A DNA stretch of 64,000 nucleotides from the human T2T-CHM13v2.0 reference genome, Homo sapiens (GCF_009914755.1 NC_060930.1), one strand, 5' to 3'; positions 40,328 through 52,670 are shown, counted from the first letter of the stretch. Notes: generated by a model not told the origin, from the letters alone. Made by a program: numbers and translations.

Positions 40328-41906
40328 TGTCATGGGATCCTTAGGTTGTCACTTCAGCAACTGGAAACCTCTGTGGCCGGCAGTGCCTCTGTTTGGGATT
40401 TGCTTGTACCCACTGGGCTTGTTCTGTCCACAGGGCTCATTTTACCCATTCAGCACAGCAGGCTGCACTAAGGTCGTGCTACCAGCCTGGATCCAGGCAT
40501 GGAGTGGCAAGGGCTGTGTGAGCGAGAGAGCACCGAGTCTGGCCACTGCACACAGCCAGGTACGCCAGCTGTGGTGGGGCAGGCAGCTCCAGGTGCCAGC
40601 TCTGTGTGAGGCTGTGACTAGATCAGAGATACTGCAAGCATCTTCCACTGCAGGCACCAGCATCTGGACAGGAGGAACATGATGGCGCCTGAAAGCTCAG
40701 AGATGCCAGGAACTGCAGAGCCCCAAAGAGCATGTTACAGCTTGTCACAGTTCTGGCCTGGGGGGCCCTGAGGTCTGGGCTCCAACAGGAGCTATAGCTC
40801 TTCTTTCCTTCTTCTCACCTGCAATGTGGTGGTGCAGTGGGGGGAGTGTGTTTCAGCCCTGTTTGTGTTACAGCTCTTTCAGTTCCACCATTTGGTAGGT
40901 CCTGAGTTCTTGTCCTACATAGAAGAAGAATAAGATACATGAACAACTGGAGCGTGACCAAGGCAGAGAGGAACTTCATTGTACAACAGAACAGCTCTCA
41001 GGAGACCTGTAGTGGGTAGCTCCTTTGCACAGGCAGGTCATTCTGGTGAGTGTCCAGCTCTCAGCAGAGAGGAGACCCATAGTGGGTAGCTCCTTTCTGC
41101 AGGCAGGTCATCCCAGCAAGTATGTGAGGCTGGCTGAGGCTGGGGTTTTTATGTGCTCAGAACAAAGGAAGTGCATGCTGATTGGTCTGTGGTCAGCCAT
41201 AAGCAGGCCTGAAAAAAGCACCATCTGATTGGCCGAACAGTCATCAACCAAGTTTTCACTCCAGACAGCTGGAACCAGTAGCATAGTGCCCAGGCATCAG
41301 GCTGCCACTGGCCTGAAGGTGGGGCTTCAGTGGAGACCCACCCCTTCCTGCCTAGGAAGCTGCATGCCTCCTGCCACTTTCAACACGTTGTCCACCTAGC
41401 TCAGGTTGTTTGCCCCTAGGGGTGCCTGCAGACCCACTTGGAGCCACTCTCAGCCACCTGGCTTCCCTCCTGTGCTCAATGATGCCTAAAGTCTGGAGAC
41501 GGCTAAGGTAGCAGGGTGCTGGTGTGTCAGCACTGCCCTGAGCACGTGCCCACCTGGTTGGATTGTGACAGTGCTGGGCTCCACGGCTACTATGCTCTGC
41601 ACTGGAGCAGGCATGGGGAGAGGAGAGAGGCCAGGGAGCAGGAGCAGGCATTTCTGAGCCTATGGGGACAGGGGGCTTCCCAGGCCCCTGAAAGTGTAGG
41701 GATGCCCAGATCTGGAGCCGAGGCTGGGTGGCTGAACCTGCGCCTGGGAGCCTGGGGTTCCTGCCCTGCCAACTTGGTAGGAGGCAAGGCTCCCACCTGT
41801 TCCTGGCCCCCACCAGCACTGGGGTGCACACAGTCCTGGCCACGCCTCTCCCGCTGCAGCTGGCATCCCCGCAGTGGCTGCTCCAGACTGGCCGCTGCCA
41901 CCATCA
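40328..41906 (-). mobile_element. MER52A-like (ERV1) long solo LTR
   Basis: tgtcatgggatccttagg...gaaacctctgtggccgg at one end, ggctgctccagactggccgctgccaccatca at the other; perfect 4-bp TSD atat. Confidence 0.93.
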
Positions 41907-42414
41907 ATATCAATACTACAAACTGAGTAAAATGGAAATTTAAGTAAAAATAGAAAGACATCATATTAAATAGAAGACAACAACAAAGGTAAAGATTTGT
42001 CCTGATGGGTAGACATTATTTTGAAAGATTCTAAAGCAGGAATAGGAAGAGTGCATACCAGACAGAAAGTATAGTTTAAACAATGAACAAGTTGGGTGGA
42101 TAAGTGAATAGATGATAGTTAGCTAAATAAAGAGTTAAAGATACTCTGATTAATGTAAATAATTTTATAATTTTAATAATCACCAGGTCATTCATAAAAA
42201 GATTTATAAGATATTCTTACGCAGCTAGCTCAGAGTCATAGAGTTACAATTTAAAACTATTTCTGAAAGACAAATGACTACTTTAAAATTTTGGATTTCA
42301 ATTTTTCTTTAACACTTTTTTTTTGTATCAAGTATTATTCTCCTAAATAAAAAATATGGAAATAAAATATAATTCAATGTTATTCTCTCTTTGACGTCTT
42401 TTTAAATGACAGTA

Positions 42415-42482
42415 TTTTCCCTTTCTTCCTTCCTCCCTCCCTCCCTCCTTCCCTCTTTCCCTTCCTTCCTTCTTTTCTTACC
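42415..42482. repeat. (CCTT/CCCT)n polypyrimidine tract at an antisense L2 tail
   Basis: Directly visible; followed by tttattaagcaccta. Confidence 0.85.
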
Positions 42483-43084
42483 TTTTATTAAGCACCTAAT
42501 AGGTTTCAGGAACTACATAAATGTAGGAGAAGCAAAGGAAACTTTGCAATGATCTTTGGCTTTTTCCAAGCTTAGTAGAGAAAATAAAAGCCACAAAAAA
42601 CCCAATAGTTTCCTTTATCATTCTTTTGTTTATCTCAGCTAATCTTAGGCTTAACCCTTTCTGGTTTAGTTTTACGTCCTATTGTGTGATCCTCTTGTCC
42701 TAATACAAAATATATTTTATAAAAATATGTTTAGTACAGTTTTTTTATGCCACTTTGTGTTTTTGTTTTTATTTAATATATTTTGTTTTAATTAAGGTTA
42801 TTTGTTATTGTGGCCTTTAAGAAGAAAGATTATATTTATCTTTTTTTCTGGATTAGTAATTTAATAATGACTATTTAAAATATGAAGTAGAAGATATATT
42901 TTCCTCACTTTCATACTGTCTACTTTAGAAACCAGTTTTGTTTTGCAAAATGTATTCAGAAATAAGCTAAGTTCAGCAGTTCCCACATATTGTTTTATTC
43001 ATCTTTTGAGAAACACAAATTTCAACCAAGTAGATAAAATTCTCTCTCTCTCCCTCCGTCCCTCCGCTTTGTCAGAATTAACCT

Positions 43085-43831
<747 letters not shown>

Positions 43832-44289
43832 GCCTTCAAGTAGATCTCCTAAGAGTTTAACTGACACAAAAATTAATATCTGAATTGAAACAAAAACTAG
43901 TTTTGGTGTTCCAATGGTTTCAGCATTTGCTGACTCGTTAGACAAATCTTTCCTAAATGCAAAAATTTTATATGGACTTTCCAACTTGTCAAAATGTATT
44001 CCTTTAAATCTCAGGGTTTCAGAAACAATTTTTTCTTGCTTTTTAAAAATACATAGTGTCTTTTGACCATGAAGAATAGTCTACATTTCCGTTACTACTG
44101 GTGTTGCTTTTATATCTGCTACTTAAAAAAAAACAAAACAAACAAACAAAAAAAAACTATTTTCTTTTTCCATATAAATGAGTATCAGCCAGTTTCTTCT
44201 TATAGAGGAAAACGTGTTTAACAAGTAAAGACGAATGACTAAATTTATGTCACTATTAGTCAGTTAGCATGAAGGAGGAAGGGAGACCA

Positions 44290-44505
44290 ACTAAAGCCTT
44301 GGGCTGAAAGTCAGAAGATGAGCTTAACTCCATCGCTTGTTAGTTGAAATATTTGGTGTAGGATACTTAACAATTCAGGGTACCCTTCCCTAATTTTGAA
44401 GTGGGGAAATGTTTATCTTTTCTCCTTGTTTCACGTGGTTATTCTAAAGTTCAAATGACATAATATATAATACTCTAAACATTAAAAATCACTATATACA
44501 TGCTA
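44290..44505 (+). mobile_element. MIR (MIRc-like)
   Basis: gggctgaaagtcagaagatgag...ttcaaatgacataatat...aaatcactatatacatg. Confidence 0.6.
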
Positions 44506-44564
44506 TGTGCTATTTAATTTTTCAAGCTAAAGGATAAGGAACAAATATCAACAAAACTGCAAAT

Positions 44565-44753
44565 TGGAGACCTTTTCCTTAGTGAATCTCATTGGCCACA
44601 ATTGGATCACATGGCCATAGCCTAGTAATGTAAAAGGCTGGGAAGTGAGTTTCTAGCCCTTTTGGTGGAAGATGAGCCTTGCCAGGTAAAAGAAAGGGAA
44701 GAGGAGATAGGAGGCAGTGGCCACTGGGTAGGCAACCTGCTGGGTCTGCCTCA
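44565..44753 (-). mobile_element. MLT1L-like LTR fragment
   Basis: tctcattggccacaattggatcacatggcca...ctgggtaggcaacctgctgggtctgcctca. Confidence 0.6.
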
Positions 44754-44879
44754 TGAGGTAAAAGTAGGTGTCAGGGGGCATAGAATAGGCACTAGCATCA
44801 CACCTGCAAGGATGTTTCCCCTTAGGAGGTAGTGATCACTAGCTGGGGAAGGGCAGGGTGGAAAATGTGAGGGCGGCCT

Positions 44880-45180
44880 CCAGTGGAGGCCTGGAAGCTG
44901 AGCAAGCATGAGCAGGATGAGAATAGAGAAAGATATCTAATATGGCCAGTGCAATGATGGGGGTGTGGGCCCAACCCAAATCAGCTTCCTAGGGCCTGTT
45001 GAGGAGTTTTGACATTAAGAGAAATGGAAATCCACTGGAAGGATTCAAGCAGGGGATGGGGGTAGGGGGCCATAACTGGATTATGGTTCCTCTCCAGGGA
45101 GCAGTGTTTATCATTGTAATTTATTGGTTTGTTTTTGCAATTAGGAGAAAGGATGGGAGAAAGGTTGGGAAACTAAGTGG
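44880..45180 (-). mobile_element. L2 fragment
   Basis: gaggagttttgacatt...aatggaaatccactggaaggattcaagcagggga. Confidence 0.6.
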
Positions 45181-45191
45181 TTATAACAGAT

Positions 45192-45524
45192 CAGATTCAA
45201 CCAATGATAGGCCGCAAGCCAAATCCAGCCCTCTGCCTGCCTTTGTATGGCCCCAAGATAAGAATAGTTTTTATAATTTTAAATTTGAAAGACAATCCAA
45301 AGAAGAGGAATATTTTGTGACATTTGAAAATTATATGACATTCAAATTGCAGTGTTCATGAATAAAGTTTTGTTGGCACACAACCATGCTCATTCATTTG
45401 TGTATCATCTATGACAACTTTCACGCCACAGGCAGAGCTGAATGGTTGCAGCGGGGCCCTTTTGGTCTGCAAAGCATCAAATATTTACTATTTGGCCTTT
45501 TACAGAAAATATTTGATATCAGTG
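45192..45524. mobile_element. MER58B hAT-Charlie MITE
   Basis: gccaaatccagccc...aataaagttttgttggcacacaaccatgctcattc...aaatatttactatttggccttttacagaaaa. Confidence 0.92.
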
Positions 45525-45624
45525 ATGAATTTTCCAGGTATCACTAAGTTTAACAACATAAGAACTCCTCGATAAAGGGTGGAAGCACTTATCCCTGTAC
45601 TTACAAGATCTGCTTTTAGGATGA

Positions 45625-46340
45625 ATAGTACAGTTATTTATGTAGATACTGAGTGAGGTAAGTAAAATGTACTGTGTCTGTTGTTACACTCTGGTGGGAG
45701 AGGTAGACATCCAGCAACTCTTTACACAGAATATATATATTTAAAAGTGTCATAATAGAAGGAGAGGTTACTGTGATTTAACATAATTTCCTTTCTAGTC
45801 AAGGGGAGAGCCTCTTTGAGGATGTCACATTTAAGTTAAAGAATGGCCTATGAAAGGTCTAGGCAAAACTTTCAGACAGAGGGAAGAGCAAGTGCAGGCA
45901 GGGCTGAACTGGGCACGGGGTGTGTTCAAGGAGCTTAAAGAAGGTGATATGGCTAAAGCATGGTGAATGACTGAGACTAGGCAAGGGCTGGGCTGGGCAA
46001 CAATTTGTAGATCAAATGTTAAAGATGTTGAGAATACAGTGGGAAGCCTTGGAAGGGTTTTGAAAGAGTAACATGACTGGATGTACTTTTCAAAAGAACA
46101 CTCTGATCTCCTTCTAAAGAGTAGACAGATACGGCAATAGCTGGAGGGGCTGTGGGGACACGGAGGACAGAAATGATGGAGTAAGTTTTGACTATTGAAG
46201 GGGAATATGTGGTAGAGAGAGGGAGGTTGAGAGCTCAGGAAATAGGCAACACCTAGTGGAGTGAACTCTAAGAGGAAAGGGCTTCCTAGACATTAGAGGT
46301 GAGATGCTTCATCTTTGCCACTAGAGGGAAGAAGGGGGAA
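45625..46340 (-). mobile_element. L2 fragment
   Basis: ttacactctggtgggagaggtagac...cctctttgaggatgtcacatttaag...cagagggaagagcaagtgc...gggaagccttggaagggttttga. Confidence 0.75.
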
Positions 46341-46364
46341 GGATCTCAGAAGTACATTTTAACT

Positions 46365-49335
46365 CTAAAGCCCATCCCCTTTTCTGAATTCAGTGCTACC
46401 TAAGAAACTTCCTTCAGCTTTTTTTCTAATTAAATCAAGGTCTGAGGAGGTCAGCAAGCAGCCCATTATTTTTTCACTAATATTAGTTTTATTGTATGGT
46501 GTCTTAATCATGCTACATGTTATTTCTCTCCCCCTCTTTACTCTTTCTTCTCTGTTAGACTCTGTTTCCTGCTTCAGGCATTTGGAACAATCCATACATG
46601 CAGTGGAGATCTCTGCAAATATCCTCAACCATGTTATAATTCTTCTATCCTTTCTATTCTCCTTTCATCCTCTTTTTCTTACTTCCTCTATGGGACTTCT
46701 CATATTTTGCCTTCTCACTTTCTTTGTCCTCATCTCCCCCATGATTATAGGTGCTGCACCCTTTTTTCCTAATCTGCTAACAGCTCTAGCTATGAGGTAC
46801 CAGAGGAATAACAAATACATGTTACATAGGTAGATAGATATCACAGACAAAAATTTGTTTAATTCAGAATGAAATTTTACTAACTTCCATTTTAATAATT
46901 TAAAAAATATTTTAGGTTTTCTATCTCTCCTATCTATTCTCCTACCAAGAAATGCAAAGAATTCTAAGATTTCTAATTCCCATTTTAATAATGTAGCAAT
47001 AAATTGTTTTTTTATTGTATGTTTCTATTATTCTTGTTTTACATCTACGATTAACCATGATATAACATCTCACTATCATAGAAAGGAAGTTAGCATTATG
47101 CTGATTTTAAGTTATGGAGAGAAGTTTTCCAAACGTACTAAATTAGCCAAATGGTATTCCTTTTTCAAGTGATGACAGTTAGAGTTAAGGTTAATTTCCT
47201 ATTAGGATTATTCTATTATCCCTTGTTTGTCTCTAAAATTTCCACTAAGAACACTTACTTCCCCTTACATAAGGAACACCTGGGGTTAATGGAGAGCTGT
47301 GGTTAGAATTCTACAAAGGACCCAGGTGAATTAGGCAAGCTAAGGTTTGCTTTGTAGCCAAAGTCAGAGGGAAAGAGGGAGGTGTTACCAGGTGTAGTAA
47401 AGTTTCTGTCACCTTCAGAGACTAGTTTATTGGCTGTTGAGTTCCTTCTCTATTCCTATCTTTTTGCTTCCGAGTTTGGTTTTGTAATGACTGTGTTTCT
47501 TTCATAGGTCTTGTTTCCTTTACCTACCTCTTCTGAGGTTCTAATTCTAGTTGCATCCCCATTCTGACAATCTCATTTTGACTGCTGTCCATCAGCTCTG
47601 GACTTCCAGATCTTAGAATGGGTGCTGGCATAGTATTACCCTGTCATAGTGACCTCTGCCCTAGAACGTCCACAGAAACTTGGTATATAAATACGATATG
47701 CAGGCGCCACATCAGTACCTGAGATGCTGGTAGCTGAAGAGTACAATTGTAGTCCTATTTACATTAATACTCCAATTCTAATGGCTTCCGTCTCCTACAT
47801 CATTGACTCTAGTATCTCCAGCCTTTTATGGTGTCTACTTTCTATGTACCTTTGATATTCCACTGATGCTAACATATGCTTATGAATCCATCATTATCAC
47901 TTGCCACTGAGGCTGAGTCCTCCAATCTCATCAGTTGCACAGAGGAACCAATCCAAGAGGCAAATCATTTCTGTTGCTGTTGCTGCTACCATCACTCTGC
48001 CTGAGCTGGAGTCCAGTTAATTGGCAACAGAGCTGGAGCTAAGTGGCTATAGCCCTTGCCATTACTCTTACAATGTTAGAAGAAAAATGTCCTTCTTGCA
48101 TAATGCTCAATGAGGGAAATGCATGAGAGAGTTCCATTTCAAAGCTGTCTGAGTTCCAGAATGTTATGGCATTTAGTAACACAACTCTTCCATTTATATA
48201 ATTACCAATACACATTTTCAGCATTGATGAATCTAGACAAGTTTTAGTATTAGCTCTGTGATGGCCTTTTGTTGTGTTAACTTGGCTAGACTGAACTACA
48301 GTCCCTAAAATTCTATATCTACTATGTTTCTAGGTAGTGTGGGCTATAACTTAGGAAGCGGCGATGACCATTTTATGACTCACACCTCTCTTCTCCCTGT
48401 TACTCAGTCAAACACTAATCTAGGTGCTGCTGTGAAGGAATTCTGTCAATGTGATTATAGTCACATGTCAGTTACTTCAGGTGAATCAAAAGGGATACTA
48501 TCATTGTTGGGCCTGACTTACTTAATTCTAGGGCTTTAAAGAGGGCTTAAGCCTTCTCTGAGCTCAGGGACTCAACACAGCAGCTGGACATGCAGTTACT
48601 CTCTCTTTCTCCTGGATCTTCCTTCCTGACTGGTGCCTATGGACAACACACTGCAGCTTGTGTTTGTGGGGTTCTGGCCTGCTTGCAATCCTTCTTCCCT
48701 GACTGATCACCTTACAGACTTTGAATTTGAATAGCTGGCCCCCCAAATTGCTCATTGTCTGTATAAATTCATTTGAATCCTACTTATTCAGCTTCTCTAG
48801 TTGAGCTGTGACTGATGCAAGCTGCTGCAAACCGCCTCTCTCCTTCTTCTCTTCCATCTTTGGTCCTGCTACTGAATGTGGCTCCCAAGAAGGAAATGCT
48901 TTCCTTATGTTGAATACTTTCACAGAAGCTGCCATCTCCCCTCCTCCACACTCTTCCCCAGACTTTGTCTCCACTTGGGCCACCTCAGTCTGTAAATCAT
49001 CTAAGTCCTGGTGGTAAACATTGTTTGAATACATTCTCAAAACGCACCTCGATCCAGCATAAATAGAGATATGATGGGAGAGATGTTGTCCAACACCACC
49101 AGTAAGGAATATTATTTTGGTTGGAATTTCACAAAGATTTGAAAATTCAGGCATCACTGGGAAATTTCTTTTTCTGTGTGATTTAATCATGAAGCAATTT
49201 GAGGAGATGACCTTTTTCCATAGATGTGGTATCCAAATGCATAATAAGTGTTAATGCAGAAGATGCATTAGTAGCTACTTTTGAAGAAACCAAGACGTCT
49301 TGTAGAATAGCCAGAAAGTTAGATGTGTTTTTCAT
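46365..49335 (-). pseudogene. Ancient intronless (processed) GIGYF2-like pseudogene or dead retrogene, interrupted by an MLT2 LTR
   Basis: Hand translation of the minus strand gives blocks in the same order as GIGYF2 (recalled from memory). ATG at 49335; YAFGYHIYGK/GHLLKLL ~ YKLADYRYGREEMLALF (~49242-49192); KKFPSD ~ NKIPSD (49170-49153); GLR*FTD*GG ~ VLRLTGRGG; WGRVWRRGDGSFCES ~ RGRGRGRGECGFYQR (48960-48916); EEGERRF ~ ERGDRRF (48849-48829); VGFK/EFIQT ~ VGRKHEFIRS; EHYARRTFFF*HCKSNGKGY ~ EHMERRRRFEFDFRDRDDERGY (48108-48049); RQSDGSSNSNRNDLP/DWFLCATDEIGGLSLSG ~ RSGSGSIDDDRDSLPEWCLEDAEEEMGTFDSSG (48002-47903); TQQPIN*SLKVTETLLHLVTPP ~ VQQPLSQIPSDTASPLLILPPP; WKF/RDKQGIIE ~ WYYKDPQGEIQ (47244-47211); LELLAD*EK/KGAA..EMRTKK ~ LEQLQQLEKAKAA..EMRAKR (from 46790). 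Many stops and frameshifts; no intron-sized gaps other than the LTR. Confidence 0.8.
48257..48750 (+). mobile_element. MLT2E/F-like (ERVL) LTR, 3'-incomplete, inserted in the GIGYF-like pseudogene
   Basis: tgtgatggcc...gtgttaacttggctagactgaactaca...cagtcaaacactaatctaggtgctgctgtgaagg; gctc lies at both edges (48253-48256, 48750-48753). Confidence 0.85.
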
Positions 49336-51084
49336 GTGACCAAATGGCATTTAAAGAAAATGGAGGTAAACAGAATTTTTTTCCAAGTGAAAATAGCTAA
49401 CTTTTGTTGTTTTCCTGAGTGCCACAGATTCCCAATCAAATTGATTTACAAGTCATTACTGTTAACTGAATATGTGCCATGGCCCAGACCATCAAGGTGT
49501 ATTAAAGTTACTCACTTGTTTTCTTGTAACTCTGGCTTTATCAAAATGAATCTCATGCCCTATTTAATTAATATCCTCATTACCAACCTTAGAAGTGAAC
49601 AGCTAAACTCACTAGGGAATGGTAATGGTAATATGTCCTGAGAGAGATTCATTTGGCCCAGCTGTCCGTTTTATTCTAAGTGCTAAATGCGTTAATATAC
49701 ATAGACTATCATTTACATAGCAAGTGGCTATGCAAGATGAATTATTTATTGTGTGACAACTACCTAATACTCAGTGTACTATCTAATGCAAAGCCATTTT
49801 TTATTTGACCTGTATGTGAGTTTGCATTATAGAATTCATTACCTTTACATATAAGTCACATTGAAGTTATGTGTGCAGCTATCTCTCATAGAAGCTGCAG
49901 GTTACCTCTGCTTTGATTTAATTGCCGCTCTCCTTGTATGGCAAAGAAGCCTGCTTTTGGAATGCAAGAATTTCAGGGACCCCAGCCAGGCGGCATGTGA
50001 AAAGCCTCTCCTTTGATGCGGAGAGTAAGGTGAGACAGAAAGACAAGCCCAAATTTAATTAAAATGTTATGAGAGCTAGAAACCAGCACATGAGACAAAG
50101 TAAAGGGGAGCAGGGTTTGTGCCTCCTGAAGTGTGTATGCTGCCAGGGATCACCAAGGTAATAAAATTCAAGCTGCTTTCCCCAGGCAGTGGTGACCCCA
50201 TCCTCTACAGAGAGCCGCATGTTTACGTTCAGAGAGAACTGGGAGGAAGTCTTCTTGAATAAGAAATTGCCTCATTTCCAATTTATTCTTTAGTCTCTGG
50301 AATGTAATTTAATTCATCTTTGCAGTTTTCACGTGGCTTTTCAGACTATTCATCTCTGCATTATCTTTGCAACCTCTAATAATGTGGTTCTTCAGGGAGG
50401 CTGGTGCCTCTGAACATAATAGTGCTAAGACTAGTTCCCTGACAGGGCAGATAGCAAGCTAATTACCCAACTTGTTGGGGAACCAGAGCTCTAGGGACTG
50501 AAAATTTCTGGTATTGAAATGAGGGATGGGGCACCTATAGAGGCCTGAAATGTTAGATATCCTTCCCATTAGATTCTTAGTCTGTCGCTCGGGAATCTGC
50601 CAAATTGGATGGCCTCAAGATTTGCTTTGCTTGTGAGATTTTTTGTTACTTCCCAATTCCAGCTGGACTGCAAATACTGCAAGAAAATCCCTTCTTATTA
50701 TTGGTATTTTGGTCCTTCTATTTCCCATCTCACCTGGAAACAGGCAGTGCAGAGGAGTGAGAAAATGAAAAGAACAATGGAAAAGGTAATAGAATTGTAC
50801 TGAACCCTTCAAAAGATTTGCTTTGAATTCCACATGAAGGTTGAGGCACGTACAATAGTCACCTAAGTCAATCCAGGTGTACCTGTCCCTCTAAACGTAA
50901 TTTCAGGGCTGCTCTTTCCCGAGGAAAAGCATTTTTGATATGAGATCTGTTGGAATAATCATAAGATTGCAAAGCTTCATTTGCTCCTCTCATTTGATAC
51001 CCATGCATGTAAACTAGAAATATTTTTCTTCAGTAATTGAAAAATTAATGATTAAAAATTTGTATTATAATTGGATCCCTTATT

Positions 51085-51229
51085 GAGCAGAGTGTGATCT
51101 GGGGACACACAGTATCTGTACCATCTGGGACAATCTTAGAAATGCCCCATCCCAGATTTATTGAATCAAAATTTGAATTTTAATGAGATCCCCAGGTTAT
51201 CTGTAAGCACTTTAAAGTTGGGGACTCTG
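51085..51229. mobile_element. MER5A1-like MITE
   Basis: ttagaaatgccccatcccagatttattgaatc...ttttaatgagatccccaggttat...ttaaagttggga. Confidence 0.8.
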
Positions 51230-51427
51230 ATCCAGTTCACTGACGTCCATTATTTACATAGTTTCCTACAGCGGACCTTTTCTTCAATTGTCTTAGAGCT
51301 GGCTTAAAGAAGGGAGGGGCGCTGGGGTGAGATGGATGTTGGGGATTCCCAAGCTGTTCATGTCTCCCATCCCTGCTGCAGGTCTTTGCTATCCCAGGGC
51401 AGTATGGAACACAGTACAAAAACACTA

Positions 51428-51578
51428 AGCCAGTCCCTCCATTTCATTGTGCACTCAGAGACTGAGGCTATGAGAGGTTAAATAGCTTACTTTAGGTCAA
51501 AGAGCTTGTTAGTGCTAATGCTAGGTCTATAAGCCAGGTGGTCAGACCCACAGTTCTGTTCTATTTTCATACTGCCTG
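51428..51578 (-). mobile_element. MIR fragment
   Basis: gagactgaggctatgagaggttaaatagcttac. Confidence 0.7.
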
Positions 51579-51935
51579 GTTCTGACACCCAGGATTTGTA
51601 ATAAGCCTTTGAACAAAAAAATAAGCTGTATCTGAGACTGAAGTTATTATCCAGGCTTTGCCACTTCTTGGACTGTGAAAGGCATTTAAACACCTGTCCT
51701 TGTTTAAGACTAAATTAGTGCATTATGTGTTTATAGCTCTGGTAATTGCACCCTATGCATACTATTGTATTTCTAGAACAAATCTGAGGTTGAATGCACA
51801 CTTCTAGTTTTGATTATAAATGTTTACTTAAAAGATAGCTCTGATTCATTGCTATGAAATTAATTCCAGGCCACCAGAGAGCATGCATGCAAGCTTTTTG
51901 CCTTCTGGGCCTGAAAGATGAAAGGCCTTGAATGG

Positions 51936-52323
51936 TGTTATGGATTGAATGTTTATGTTCCCACAAAATTCATATGTTGAAGCCCTGAGCCCAAATGGGA
52001 TGGTATTTGGAGATGGTGGCTTTAGGTGGTAATATAGGTTAGATGAGTTCACAAGGGTGGAGCCCTCATGATGAGATTAGTGCCCTTATGAGAGGAGATA
52101 TCAGAGAGCTTGCCTTCTCTTCCTTCACCTACCCAAAGATGGGGTCATGTGAGCTCAAAACAAACGAGATGACAGCCACCGACAAGCCAAGAGAAGATTC
52201 CTCAGAATAAAATCTACCGTGCTGACATCTTGATCTTAGACTACTCAGCCTCCAGAACCCCAGTAAATGAATTTCTATTATTTTTGTGGTATTTGATTTT
52301 TGCAGCATGAGTGGACTAATATA
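51936..52323 (+). mobile_element. MLT1A/MLT1A1-like solo LTR
   Basis: tgttatggattgaatgttt...aaattcatatgttgaagccct...gactaatata. Confidence 0.9.
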
Positions 52324-52670
52324 GAGGACATATATTCAATGCCCATTTATAAATGAAATCTGGACATTCTCATGAAAATTGAATAATCATGATGGCTCTC
52401 ATTTACTGAGTGCCTACCATAAGCCAGGTACTGTCAACTACTGTGCTAGACATCATATCAATTATTTAAAGTAAATATTGTCCGTTTTTACAGGCTAGTT
52501 TCTTGAGGGGTAGAGCATGTCCCAGGATCTTTTAATGTCTCCAGATTCAAGCACAATATTTGGTATATAATAGGTCTTCAAATGCTGTTGTTGCCCTAAA
52601 GGTTGCAAGATTAGTCCAAAGTCATGCATTTGCTCAATTTTCGATCTAGAACTATCTTTCCAAAGCTCAT

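Noticed and set aside
40332-41964. Cluster of 116-163 aa ORFs in GC-rich DNA
   Set aside because: All lie essentially within the MER52A LTR, where high GC content suppresses stop codons.
46316-46331. CTCF-like motif tgccactagagggaag
   Set aside because: It has A instead of the highly conserved C after GGG, and nothing else supports it.
46393-46833. 146-aa hydrophobic plus-strand ORF resembling a multi-pass membrane protein
   Set aside because: It has a non-ATG start and is antisense to the purine-rich coiled-coil remnant of the GIGYF-like copy; a CT-rich strand naturally yields Leu/Phe/Ser.
46791-47258. Apparent intron (GTAAGT ... cctcatag) in the GIGYF-like copy
   Set aside because: The interval contains the GYF-domain-like residues, so it is decayed coding sequence rather than an intron.
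48780-49190. 136-aa minus-strand ORF, with a short resemblance to the ZCCHC7 N-terminus (QDLDD)
   Set aside because: The GIGYF-like matches lie in a different, stop-interrupted frame, and no zinc knuckles follow; it is an off-frame artefact.
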